Positions 37,501-49,344 of a DNA stretch of 64,000 nt are shown piece by piece. The DNA comes from Amphiscolops sp. MND2022 (Eukaryota), in NCBI GenBank assembly GCA_964187785.1, contig OZ076410.1:42966001-43030000 (forward strand). The letters are read 5' to 3'. The position numbers were made by a program, and so were the translations under genes. Numbering within the stretch: the stretch's first letter is position 1; each line of letters begins with the position of its first letter. Below the pieces are notes generated by a model that was given only the letters and a program-made list of their open reading frames with translations, did not search any database and was not told where the DNA came from.

Positions 37501-37860
37501 CCCATGTTAGACGGTTTATTGACAAACTGTGGTGAAAGTGTTTGTCTTACTAAGTTACATTACTGCCCAAGTTAACAGAGTCAATCATGATTTTGATTCA
37601 GTAGAAACAAAGGAACGGATGTTTCAAAATAAAATTGAAACAATAAAAACGTCACTACAAGTGAAACCCAAGAGCCAAAGAGCAAACTAGCAAAAAAACC
37701 CTTTCGCGATATTGGTAATCTTTGTGTTCGTAGAAAATTAGTAGACGCGAAACTCCCCTGCAGACAGACAATTACACAGACACCCTGCACGCATAGCCAA
37801 TTTGATTTCTCACCAGCTGAGGGTCCATGTTGCGACAAGTCAAACAATTACACATAGCTG
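34560..37860 (+). mobile_element. Heavily decayed second BEL/Pao element (no LTRs found)
   Basis: RLKLPKLQ..FTGSF, QDHLQAMWSQ, KNICFNRFRSGHSLSE, LCEELFDSTTR, LLVVFDTSA, ADVATMYRPV, FYGNDIFTGANSIDEA, PFCHASKSAHVACIY, ENPADPAS, all colinear with the intact BEL at 16-21 kb. Confidence 0.85.
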
Positions 37861-39343
37861 AAAGTGTTTCTGCATTACCTAATGTGGATTTTTAACACTC
37901 TTTAAGTTAGAGAATTAACCTTTGAGCCAGAAGACTCATGATGTAAGAAAAATCTTGACTGAAAATATTCAGTCACAAAAAGATGGATAAAAATCAAAAT
38001 ATGGTCTCTCATTTTTGGAAACAGTTGATTGAAGAGTTTGGACTGCGAGAGAGAACTGAATGGAAACACTTCTATCCTAAAAGTGTTGGTTTTTTGAAAT
38101 AGATGATACTGATCCAATTTTGATTGGTAGTGGCTTGTGGCGAAAAGTCATGTCTACACAGCTCCAGTGATGTCTTTGAGAGTCGTTAAATATGAAACTG
38201 CTTTTGGAATCTATAATCGTCCAGTGCCTAAATTGAAGAAGATATCCGATGGTAATTTCAAGTTTGAATTTTTACGAATTTGTTTCCTAACCTTTAGTTT
38301 TCTCCAACTGAACCTTGCTTCATTGTGCAGCGTATTTGACGTTTTTGCTAATTTCTTAGTAGCCAAATCAATCCAGGCAGTGTTGGGTTTCGAATAGAAT
38401 TTCATAATTGAAACTGATGAGTCCTTGCTTCCAATGTTTTCAATTGATAAACAAAGCTTGTTGAAGATCAACATGTATATTAGATCCATATTTCTCCCCG
38501 CCCTTATGTGAATATCTTCACATAAGATTCTAGTTTTCTTGCACCCTGTGTATTTTTCACAATTTTTCCGAAAATAACAATTTTCTTTTTTTTTTCATTT
38601 TTTAGCTGATGGAGGTGCCTTGTCCGCAGTGATTTTTTATACCTATCGGTGAGACACATACTGTTGATAGATACACTGAGCGATCATTCACTTCTTTTTT
38701 TCTATGCTTTGTTCCATTTTTCCTTTCTTTAGACCATATATCCTTTTCTCCATGTTGATCATTTCATGTACTAAAAAATATTATATTGGCAATTGGATCA
38801 TATTTGGTTTGTTGATATTAAAATCATATAAGAAAAATTCTATGATATGAACGATGCCATCAGTGATCCACGAAAAATTGTCACAAGAAATTACCTCTTT
38901 CCTGCGGTCTGAGCATATTTTGAGGTATCACAGCTTTAATTGACTTTGTCGTCAAAACCTCCATTTTGTTCTTTAAAACTTTCTTTCCTTTGATGAAACT
39001 GCTTGAATTTTTTGTATGCATTTTAATGATACCAGCATGATTAACTAAAACACTCACGGAAGCCATCATGCAAACGCATAAGGCTGTTGTTTTCAACTTT
39101 TATCAAGCTGTTCGAAATTTCATCAAAGTTTTCGGCGGCAGTTTGAGCCTTGGAGTTTCGCAGGTCCAATAGAGAAATGGTTCTTACTTTAGAAGCAAAT
39201 AAAGTGCCAACTGTTTTACCGCAATTTTAATGCAAAATAACTTCGGTCGCGTGATAAACGGCAAGTTAGCTTCATGTTTAGCGTCTTATTTCAGAAGAGG
39301 TGGTGACATCAGATGAGTTCTTGAGGAAACAAAGTGTCAATAC

Positions 39344-41032
39344 TGTCGTAACCAGATTCATCGTCACTTTGTTGAGAATCAACAGAATTCTCTCTACAGT
39401 AGTTTGTTTGGTTACTTTTGATCGATATTAACCTCGGAAACTCATTCTGAGCATCCTGGGACAATTTATTAGCATTTTCTGGATGCAGTCTATTTGACCG
39501 AAAGTCCTTCTGAGAATTTTCTTGGGCTGCATTATCTTGATGCAGTCCGTCTGACCGAAGGTCCAAACTTGTATTTTTTGCTGAATTCTGTCTCCTAACA
39601 GCATTTTTGTTGCTGGGCAACACTCTAGTGTCAATTGAAGTGTTTATAACGTCCAATATCTGGGAATTTAAGCTAGATTGCATTTCTTCAAATTTCCTTG
39701 ACATCTGTGACGAAATTTCTGAGCTAATAGCTCTTCTAGTTTCAACAGTCAAACAACTATTTTCACTCAGATTAGTATTCAAGTAAGACCTGGAGTCACT
39801 CTCATTTTGATTAGCATTTTCCTCATGTCTAGTTGACCTTAAGTCAATTTCTCCTTCATCATTCTCATTTTGAGCTAGGGAGATATCTCTCTGATAACTC
39901 CCTAACATCACATCTAATTTCTCAATGTCTGACATTATGTCAGATTGTCTCGAACGCCTTTCCTTTGCTTTCTGTTTCCTAGTAGAAGGCATAATCAAGA
40001 ATTATTCAAACTGAAGAAATGAATTGACTTGACAATTTGATATATCAAACTCAATGAAATGAAATGAGATTAAACAGAGTCTAAATTTTGTAAAAAATAT
40101 AAGATCAGTTTCGACAAATAGTCAATATTCGTGATAGCAGTTTCGTTGTGGTTGGGAGGTTCGTAGTAGCATTTGTGTCCCTTGACCTTTGGTTTGCTCC
40201 TAATTATAGTCTGATTGGGGTGACAGACGAAATTGTGAGTGTCACGTTACTAAATTTAGAACAATTTGTTACTGAAAATAGCTCCATCCGGGTTTCATCA
40301 TCATGACGTATTTACCACAAAATACATCAAAGGCACGATGGTGGACCAGGCGGCACAACTGATTATCAACTTTACATCTTGGATTAGTCTAGTTTCATGT
40401 TAAAATTGAACCGCAACACTACATGTAATTGTTACATGTAATACAAAATTGGTATTTGACTTAGTGTCAACGTGACTGCATCAAGTGATTATTAATACAA
40501 GTACAACCTGAAGTGGACGTAACGTACTATTAACTGCAATAGTGTACTAATTAGGTTAGCACCCAAACTAATTGTTTATCGGATTGACAACGCGTCAGCA
40601 GGACTGCATAGTTGTACCTGTTGAACGCACTTCTAATTCAACAATTGAATGTGCAATTCATACCGACTAAATGACGACTAAGTTTATATATTGGGCAGTA
40701 CAACACTAAAGCGCAAAGATTTACCAAAATCTAGAATAATAACTAACACAATATTTCATGTAACATCACTACGGCATTAATATTAAGGTACTGGAATTTT
40801 TGGTGTGCAGTCAGTTTGACCTTGGGTCAAAGTTTGCAAATGTTGAGTTTATTCATATAGCCACTGGAGTTCAATTAAGTTTCGTACACTGGATTCAGGG
40901 CCATCAGACTAAACGTCAAATGGTCACATTAGGACTTGCATCAGACAGGTAGGACTCCGGGTGCAGATAGATGCTCGAAACCTTCCGCCATTATTTGATA
41001 CAGGTTGCCGTCACAAGCGGCAGCTTGCGACA
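39344..41032 (-). repeat. 3' LTR of gypsy B (1689 bp), contains the Gag N-terminal ORF
   Basis: Highly similar direct repeat of 48690-50377; ORF MPSTRKQKAKERRSRQSDIMSDIE...ESGYD. Confidence 0.95.
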
Positions 41033-41978
41033 CTCCCCGTGGGACTAATATGAAAGATCTAGCTTTCATACCGGCTTGAAAGGCGTCGCGTCTCGCTATC
41101 CGTTGTTCATAGGTTTCTCCCGGTATGTGGGTCTGTTCGATGTACCCAAGTGTTATCTCCTCTCTTATATCTATGAATGATTTCATACAGACCACGCATC
41201 CACTGTGGTATGTTTCGTTGGGAAGACCGCAGTTGCTGCTAATGCTAATTCCGAGGCCTGTAATATGGGGATTGTGATACCATGAGTCGACTGTACAGAT
41301 CGGGTTATGTTGACATTGGAAGTCATCAGTCGGTCCTTGTTCTTCGTGTGGAGGTGACCAGGGCGAGTCACGGATTGGGTTAAGTTGGCTACATTGGGTA
41401 ATCGGGTGGTTATTCTCGTAATGATTGCAAAAATTGTTAGAAGGACCGCCACTCAAGCAGTTCTTGGGAGGGCTCAGTGAAGGTACTAACCGAATCAATC
41501 AAATCTTCGGGTGGCAAGCTGAGGTCGTTCAGACACTGGGTCGGTTCAGACGTCATTCCGCGACCAGCTGCCAGCTGAGGAGGAAATGGGGTGCTTTCCG
41601 GATAGCAAGCCAGAACTTGGATGTCGTCATCAGAGTCATGAAAGTCTAGCCCATCTCTCACTGACATCGCGTCCACCTCCATATCCTCATCGGACGAATG
41701 GTAAGATAGACTCACTGAAGGTCGGGTATTGGTATCCATAGTGAATTGCAAGGACATTTCCTCGGAAGAGCGTTGAAGAAACAATTTTTTAGCAATCTTT
41801 GCTGTAGATTCAGGATCTGCTGGATTCGAAAAGTGGTAGTAGAAGAATGATTCGGTGCGGTTGAGCTGACCTGAGGTTTGATTATTTTTTGCGGGTAAGA
41901 ATGAGCGGGAAAGCCATCTTCAACTTCCCCTAAATTTTCCTTCTTTAGGCTTTGATTTTGCTGAGTGTTCGTCAACAA
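40941..41978 (-). pseudogene. 3' accessory ORF of gypsy B (acidic plus Cys/His-rich; frameshifted), running into the 3' LTR
   Basis: ORFs 41712-41978, 41437-41784 and 40941-41498 tile in order; the C-terminal block is homologous to the 3' ORF of gypsy C. Confidence 0.65.
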
Positions 41979-43398
41979 TTCTTATTTAATTGGTGGTGTA
42001 AGTTTATTAATAGCCACTTGAGTTGAATTTACGTTCCTCTTCAAAGGCGTCTCAGCGACATGTGAGGGGTGTTACCCGTAACGGTCTGTCAACAAACGGC
42101 TTCAAAAACCGACGGTGATTTGGACTGCAGTAATTAGTATGGCCATTCAGGTTGATTGAAGAAATGTGAAAAGGTAATGAAATGACAGGAATTACAAGAA
42201 ATGGCGAATTTGAATAAATTTGTTAACTATGAATAAATCTCATGACATGATCAGTAAATTGTGTTTGTAAATGACATGGTGAAATTGGTAAGTTTTAAAC
42301 TTTGGGCGAGTACATCACTGGCAGGTTCAGTACACTTTGCCCATAATACTTGGTAAATTGGTAGATGCTCTGGTAGTCGACTCTGAGACGACTCCTTGTC
42401 AAACCTTGTGTCCAAATGGAAACAAACGACTAGGGGTTATACAGTTGGTTTGTCGTTTGAAAATTATTTATCCGAACAATTTGACATTCCATCAAAGTGT
42501 TTAATGCTGTCGGTTATACTGGTAGTCTGCTAGAGGTGATAATCGCCCATAATTAACAAAGTAGCGACAATTTTGGAGTACGGATTACAGTCGGTAAGAC
42601 CATTGGTCAAGTAACGTTGATTACGTCATAAAGGTCAAGTGTACCATAAAGCTGTTCCCGCACTAACTGAGTACATGTATTTGATTGCGGTCAAGTGGAC
42701 GCTCAGTCAGTTTGAGTAAATATTACGTTCACACATGAATACTCTTAACTAGTCATTTCCCAATACCTGGGACGTTTAAACAAGTTGCTGTGTGTAATTG
42801 TATTTGCAGCCTTGTGCACTGTAAGTCTTTTTCATAGGTGTTTCACATCTCGCAGTATTTGTTACGATTTGATCCTCAAGTAGCATCAGTTGAGCTATAT
42901 TGATATATTCCTGTATTTCAGTATAGTCTCTCTGACCTTGGGTTCTCATCAACACCAATCACTGTTAGCCTCTATATATTTCTAAATACTGCTCGCACTT
43001 CATCAGTTCAATTATCCTTTCCAATTTAATTGTTAAATTCATAGTGTTACTCCGATCAACTAGACATCTGTGGAGGGATTTACGTGGAGCGACTGATTCT
43101 GCTAACAAAAGCCCAATATTAAATGGCTAGTTGGAAAGAAAATCAAATCGTTGGGTCAGGGGAGAACCGTGTGTTGTTTCACTTCCAAATCAGCAGGCTA
43201 TAGACTTCCGGTGGCATAATTGCAGACTTTCCGTCATGGAAAGTCCTTCAGGTTGGTTCTTCTAATTGTTAAAATCAAGCTTGATCAAGGCTTTCATTCA
43301 ACTAAATTACTTCCTCCATCGTGAAAACATCATACAGTGTGTGAACTTTTTCAAACTACTTCCGTTTTTTATTAAAAATTTTTCTTAAATGCGGCAAG

Positions 43399-46300
43399 AT
43401 GGACAAGTTTGCAGGAAGTGAACCGCGTATTTTCATTTCTTTTTGCTTAGGTAATGAATCAAGTGGCCTAACTGCCCCAGTCTGTCAATGCGGTTGATTC
43501 TACAGCTACCAAACTTGACGATTCTGAACAAGCTGAGATTTCCTCTGATGATTCTATTGAAGTGATAGAAAGTACGCTTTCCAGTCCGGAACTCGTCGAA
43601 TCAACCCCAAGTTCCCCTTGCAAAGGTGCCGTCAAACTGGAACCCGAAGAGTTTAGGTCACAACCTTTGATACAGACGCCAATTGACCTTGGTTGTACCC
43701 TCAGTAGTAGCGAATCGAGCGAGAGTGTAGGTGCATTCTTTACCCGCAAACTGGAGGCCTTCCAAGCTTTCAAACTGGAGTCTACAATTGCTAATGGTAC
43801 TGTCAAACATAGTGAGAGCGAAGGAATCACAATGTTCCCTAATTACGAGTTTGCGTCCCCTGAACCTCAGGTTCCCTGTTTCAGTGGCAGTTACAGAACC
43901 CCACAAGACACTGTCAATGAGAGCCTGGACGAGTTTACCTTTCCTTCCCCGCTCAAACACGCCTCTGCCCAAGGTTCAGCTATAAGCCGTCAGGATGACC
44001 AGATGTCCACTGATGAAGCTCCAGTTAACGTGCGTACCTGCACTCCCAGCAGTGAAGTTGAGATGGAAGTGACTAGTGACCAAGCGTCCGTTGGTCAGGC
44101 AAGATCAACTTTGGCTGACGCTATGGCCCCGCCGAAAACTAGAGTTGTGACCTATTCTACTGACGGGCTTGACAGTAGTTTGCCAGAAATGGACACAACA
44201 AATGAAAAGACTCGTGCCCCGCTCTCAATTAAGAGCCGCGACTTAATCCGCGAATACTTTGCTGAGACACGACCCATCAATTTGCCTCAGGGTCATCCTG
44301 TCATAATGTTCACCCAAAATCAGATGAGCAGTGTTTTGCTTATCGTTGCGGATGAAACCGCAACAGCCTCATAGGACATGTTAAACAGCGTCGTAGTCAG
44401 AGCAATCAGACTTAACTTAGGCCCTGGGCAGTCTAATGCTCAAACGGGGAAGCAACAAACCAAGTCTTCCCCATTTGGGTTTACTGACTCGGCGACTGAC
44501 TTAGACTCTTCTAGACCAGCTACTCCCGCTACAGTGGAACCAGCAGAGAATTGACTAGCGGAGAAGACTTTTGGGGATCTGATCGGTCCCGCGAAATTTC
44601 CAGAAGCAGAACTTCTACTGTTCACATTCACAGTCCCCCCATTCCAGGGTGCAGTCGAACCAACCAGAGGTCTATTACACTTTTGGGGGTTGACGGTAGT
44701 TCTGCCACTCAAACCCTCGCTGAGTTGAGGCAGAAAGCGATCAAAGACAAAGGCAAAAAGAAAACGAAACCCGCTGGAAGATCTAAAGTCGAGAATCCAC
44801 AGAAGGCAGTAAAGAGATTTAGTCGAATCATGAGAGAAGAGCATTTCGAGGGTATGTCCTGGACTAGGACCTTTGTTTCCGGACCTATGGACCCAAAATG
44901 GAATCGTTACAAGTTTTATTGCCAGATATGTAAGGGCAATGTTTCCATTTACGGACGGGGAGTCAAAGAAATCTTGCGTCATTACGCTACCGAGCGCCAT
45001 TTACGCAAAGACCAACGATGGCGATATGAATACATGGTCATTGAAGATCCAGTCATCAAGACCATTCGTCACCAAGTCAGAGGCAGGGATGGTAAAATTC
45101 TCTCTCCCTACGATCTGGAATTGGAATACCCCAAATTCAAAGATGCTGAGTTGGTCAACATTGGCGAGAAGTTGCCTTTTCACGAAGAGTTTATGGCAGG
45201 CAACGACCGTATGACGTCTTCATCTGATAACCGCGTTCGAGTTCAGATTTCAGTTCCTGGCCACTTCCTACCGGCATTCGGAAACATTGGGTCACTCAGG
45301 AGCTTATGGCGTGACATCGGAGTGGTGGTCAACCCAACCATCAGTCGTTGTTTGCTGATTTCAACTGGGGGAAAGAGCGTCTAACAGTAAGTATCTTTTA
45401 GATTATCTAGCCTGCTTTTGGTCTTGGTAAATGTATTTACATTGGAGAATGGGCAAATTAGGTCTCAATGTCGTAACTTCTAGTAGAGTGCCCTGGGCTT
45501 CTATAAGTTGTTTCCATCACATCGATATAGGATAACCACCGAGTAATATTTGTTGCCAGGTTTTGTTTCATCACATCTTCACCCAACTCATAGATGATCT
45601 TGGACAACATGTAGTATCCGACGGTAAATACGCAGTTGAGTTTGAGCTCCGTGGAGTCTTCCTATTCTTGCATCTGCTATTCTGGAGAGGCAAGCAGCTA
45701 TGTAGAGTCCTAATCAAGCGTACTGGACGAGTGGGCGGGCAGACTGCAGCTGAGGTTAAATTGCTGGCGAGTCTCCTTGCCGCGATTTCTTCTCGCCCGA
45801 ACCTATTGTGCAGTGGAGGATGTTCCCTTGAGCTGATCCAACTCCTCGACAATAGTTCTCTATTCCCTTTGGCAGTGCAAAGTCCGACACGATTCAGTGA
45901 CATTTCTCTTCAAAAGCTTATGCACAAGAAAAGTTATAGCGTCTTCGGTCGACTTTTTCTCCGTGCTGAAGTACATCATTGTTTCACTCGGTGGTAGCCT
46001 GGACCTTGAGTGCGTTCTCCTAGCCCCAGAACTATCAAAGGTTGGTCAACTTTTGTTTTTTCATAATCTTGTGCCCTTTGCTAGTACGGTGATTTTGTGT
46101 TATAGGCAATACGGAACTGCGAGTTGGATATGTCTAAACTCCACGTGATGTGCCAAGAACTGCTGGTCAACTGGAAGTCCATCATCGATTTCTTAACCAA
46201 GCATTGCATTCCATGTTCCAGCAAATGGAAGGGGTACTAAGACAGGTTGGATATTGCAGTCTCTCCGACATTAGGTCTATATAGCATTGTTATCTTGTTT

Positions 46301-47615
46301 CATTTGCGATTGATTTGCAGCCTCAAAACCTGGAGTGGTCTATCATTTGTGACGAACTATTCACGTGCCGGCTAGAATTCTCCCAACGATTGGTCCGCGA
46401 TTGTTAGTAGTCCCATTCCTGTATAATGAACGAGTGTTTCCAAGCAGGTTCTAATCAGCTATATGTTTAGACGCCAATAGTTTCTCCATCAGTTTGTCTG
46501 GACGTAGGGACCGAGCGTTCTACACATACCGGCAGACCTGTCAATTCCTCTTCAAGATAGCGCGACGATGCTCCAGTCCATCGGACCTCCCGTCTGACGA
46601 AAATTGGCCGAAATTCTGGACCTCGATTTAAAGACTACTTCTGCCTTGAGTGTGCCAGCTTTCCTCAACCGCATGAAATTCAATTCTAAACTTGATGTTG
46701 CCTGCAAGGTTCGAGCTGAACGCGATAAACAGGACAAGAAGAACGCTACTTTGACCTTGAATTTCCTAACGAAGATGAACCAGCATGAGTTTGGAAGGAC
46801 TGCTCGTAGCTATGTGACATTCCTTTTCAATTCCGTCCAACAGACAAAGGGTCTATCTAGTGATATCATCAAAGGCTTGGGGTGTTTTGATCTCGAGACG
46901 CTGCTGAACGGGCCCAAAGGTCACGCGATCTACTGCCATTTACAACTGTTTACCAGTTTTAGGCTGCGGAAGTTCTTCACTGATGAGGAAGAGACTATGT
47001 GTTGCGAGGAAAACGAGTCATTTTTAGAGGATCTGAGGCGCAATTATCCTGACCTTGTTCACCCGACTGTCTTCATATCTGACACAGTGACCTTTCTGAT
47101 GGAATCGCCTTCTCAACGTAATCGGCCACTGTTGTTCAAGCTCATCCGATTAGCTTGTTTGTGTTTGGACGAACCCTTTCAAAATTTACCAGCTGTCAAA
47201 TTCGGTTCCGTTGATTCTGAGGATCCTACCAGCAGTTGACGTAATTCTCCCAGTTCAATCCTATTTCCGAAACGTACCCCATGGTATTGAAGCCATGACT
47301 AGCGACAAGTCCATTGCGGCGTTTCTCCAATTAGAGCCCAATTTTGGTGGAAGTGGACTGAGTGATGTTTATTGTCCTTGGGAGAGTGTTGATTTCTTTG
47401 GGCGTGCTAAGTTCCTGGAGCAAATTGATCCCAGCAAGACGTGTCGTCAAGTTCAAGAGAATAATGCCGTTGCCGGAACTTCTACTGCCAGTAAAACTTT
47501 GAAGAGTACAAAGTCTAGTGACAAGGTATCGAAGAAGACTAGTCATTTGTTAACTCGTGCGAAGCTGTCTCAGTCAGTCAAGGGTTTTTTATTCGCTAGT
47601 GAGTCTAAATCATAA
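43399..47615 (+). pseudogene. Antisense multi-exon gene in gypsy B: S/T/E-rich N-terminus, BED-like C2H2 finger, hAT-transposase-like body
   Basis: KFYCQICKGNVSIYGRGVKEILRHYATERH (44914-45000). GT-AG intron 45387-45559 joins KERLT|VLFHHIF in frame. C-terminal helical region includes RPLLFKLIRLACLCL. Several stops and frameshifts. Confidence 0.65.
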
Positions 47616-47829
47616 TTGTACCGTATGTACAATTGTATTTTCTAGCTTGTAAATTTGTTTTGTTTATTTCTCATATTTATGTTCCTGTATTATTCGTTTG
47701 TTGTTTTATGTCAAGTTTGTCAATGATTTGTTCGGACTGAGAGTCTGATCAGGCTCCATAAAAAAACTATTCATTGAAGAAAGATCCGAGGGGCTATGAA
47801 TTCAGTTTTCTTTCTAGTAACTGTATTCG

Positions 47830-48613
47830 TCAGTAAAGTTGGGGGTGGGGTTAGGGCGTAGATTGTACCTTCCTCCCCTGGGACTTTCCTTTTCTACAAC
47901 TGAATCATCTGTTTCTTTGTCTGATAAATCGGGCACGATTGCATCCTTCCCTCTAGAGTTTGAAAAATCAGAAACTCTTTCTTCTGAGGTGTTCTCAGAG
48001 GTAGTTGTCTCAGTTTCTAAATCCGTAGTTGATTGCTGTCCTGTTGACCTATGGTCGGTGTCGGCTTCATTTTCAGTCGACTGCTCAAGCAGTTGCTCAG
48101 ACTCAGCTGAGTGAGTATCATGTTGCAGTCTAGCTGACCGACGGTCTAGTTCGTCTCCGTGCTGCTCAGCAGCAGCGTCATCAGTATTTCAGCAGCGTCA
48201 TTAGTATTTTGGTCGGGTCGCGTGGACCTGTGGTCCAAATCTGTAATTATAGTGTCAGGATGAGCAGCATCACCTGCGGAACCAGTCAAAGTATGAGGTA
48301 AATCAGAGTATGAGGGAAAAATGTCAAATTCTATCTCCCAAGATATGATATATAGATCATCCTGAGGAATAACAATTTCATCGTCAGCTTGTAATTTGCC
48401 TTCTGGACGAACGTCAGTTATTTTTGTATTCGGGGTATATTTTGGTAAACGTATGGGATGTAGAATTTGCGAGTTGAGTTTTCTGACGATGTAGTTCTCG
48501 TTCGGTAGGACCTTTTCGATGACATATGGTCCAATCCACCGGAATTCTCGGTGGCTGTAGTATAAAACAGTAGTCACCCTGTTGTAATGGAGCTGCTGTG
48601 GCTTTGCAATCAT
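47830..48613 (-). pseudogene. pol: Gypsy integrase C-terminal fragment and low-complexity tail
   Basis: EFRWIGPYVIEKVLPNENYIVRKL..QILHPIRL; the tail ends GGRYNLRPNP. Confidence 0.85.
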
Positions 48614-49344
48614 AGTACTCTTTCTACTTTAGGTACGATTGCATGATGTATCTTCGGATGCGTGGGTTCGAATCCCACTCCTGTCACCATGTCGTAACCA
48701 GATTCATTGTCACTTTGTTGAGAATCAACAGAATTCTCTCTACAGTAGTTTGTTTGGTTACTTTTGATCAATATTAACCTCGGAAACTCATTCTGAGCAT
48801 CCTGGGACAATTTATTAGCATTTTCTGGATGCAGTCTATTTGACCAAAAGTCCTGTTGAGAATTTTCTTGGGCTGCATTATCTTGATGCAGTCCGTCTGA
48901 CCGAAGGTCCAAACTTGTATTTTTTGCTGAATTCTGTCTCCTAACAGCATTTTTGATGCTGGGCAACACTCTAGTGTCAATTGCAGTGTTTAGAACGTCC
49001 AATATCTGGGAATTTAAGCTAAATTGCATTTCTTCAAATTTCCTTGACATCTGTGACGAAATTTCTGAGCTAATAGCTCTACTAGTTTCAACAGTCAAAC
49101 AACTATTTTCACTCAGATTAGTATTCAAGTAAGACCTGTAGTCACTCTCATTTTGATTTGCATTTTCCTCATGTCTAGTTGACCTTAAGTCAATTTCTCC
49201 TTCATCATTCTCATTTTGAGCTAGGGAGTTATCTCTCTGATAACTCCCTAACATCACATCTAAGTTCTCAATGTCTGACATTATGTCAGATTGTCTCGAA
49301 CGCCTTTCTTTTGCTTTCTGTTTCCTAGTAGAAGGCATAATCAA
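48610..49344 (-). CDS. gag: Gag N-terminal ORF initiating inside the 5' LTR and reading through the PBS (244 aa, truncated by the internal deletion)
   Basis: MPSTRKQKAK...ESGYD|MVTGVGFEPTHPK crosses the LTR/PBS junction in frame. Confidence 0.7.
   Translation of the reverse strand: MIMPSTRKQKAKERRSRQSDIMSDIENLDVMLGSYQRDNSLAQNENDEGEIDLRSTRHEENANQNESDYRSYLNTNLSENSCLTVETSRAISSEISSQMSRKFEEMQFSLNSQILDVLNTAIDTRVLPSIKNAVRRQNSAKNTSLDLRSDGLHQDNAAQENSQQDFWSNRLHPENANKLSQDAQNEFPRLILIKSNQTNYCRENSVDSQQSDNESGYDMVTGVGFEPTHPKIHHAIVPKVERVL
48648..48689 (+). tRNA. 42-nt 3' fragment of a tRNA-Leu including CCA, serving as an extended PBS of gypsy B (not a tRNA gene)
   Basis: GTATC-TTCG-GATGC variable-arm hairpin + GTGGGTTCGAATCCCAC T-arm + TCCTGTCA + CCA, abutting the LTR. 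No 5' half upstream. Confidence 0.8.

Noticed and set aside
38881-39250. Short-chain dehydrogenase exon (VLVNHAGI resembles LVNNAGI)
   Set aside because: The segment belongs to the interspersed repeat whose other copies read EKVAGNI / KNAGNF at that position; no GxxxGxG or YxxxK motif.
44440-45000. 186-aa minus-strand ORF in gypsy B
   Set aside because: Antisense shadow of the plus-strand BED-finger exon; no independent motif.
48600-48689. A complete tRNA-Leu gene
   Set aside because: No 5' acceptor strand (GACAGGA), D-arm or anticodon arm upstream. CCA is encoded and abuts an LTR, so it is a primer-derived copy.
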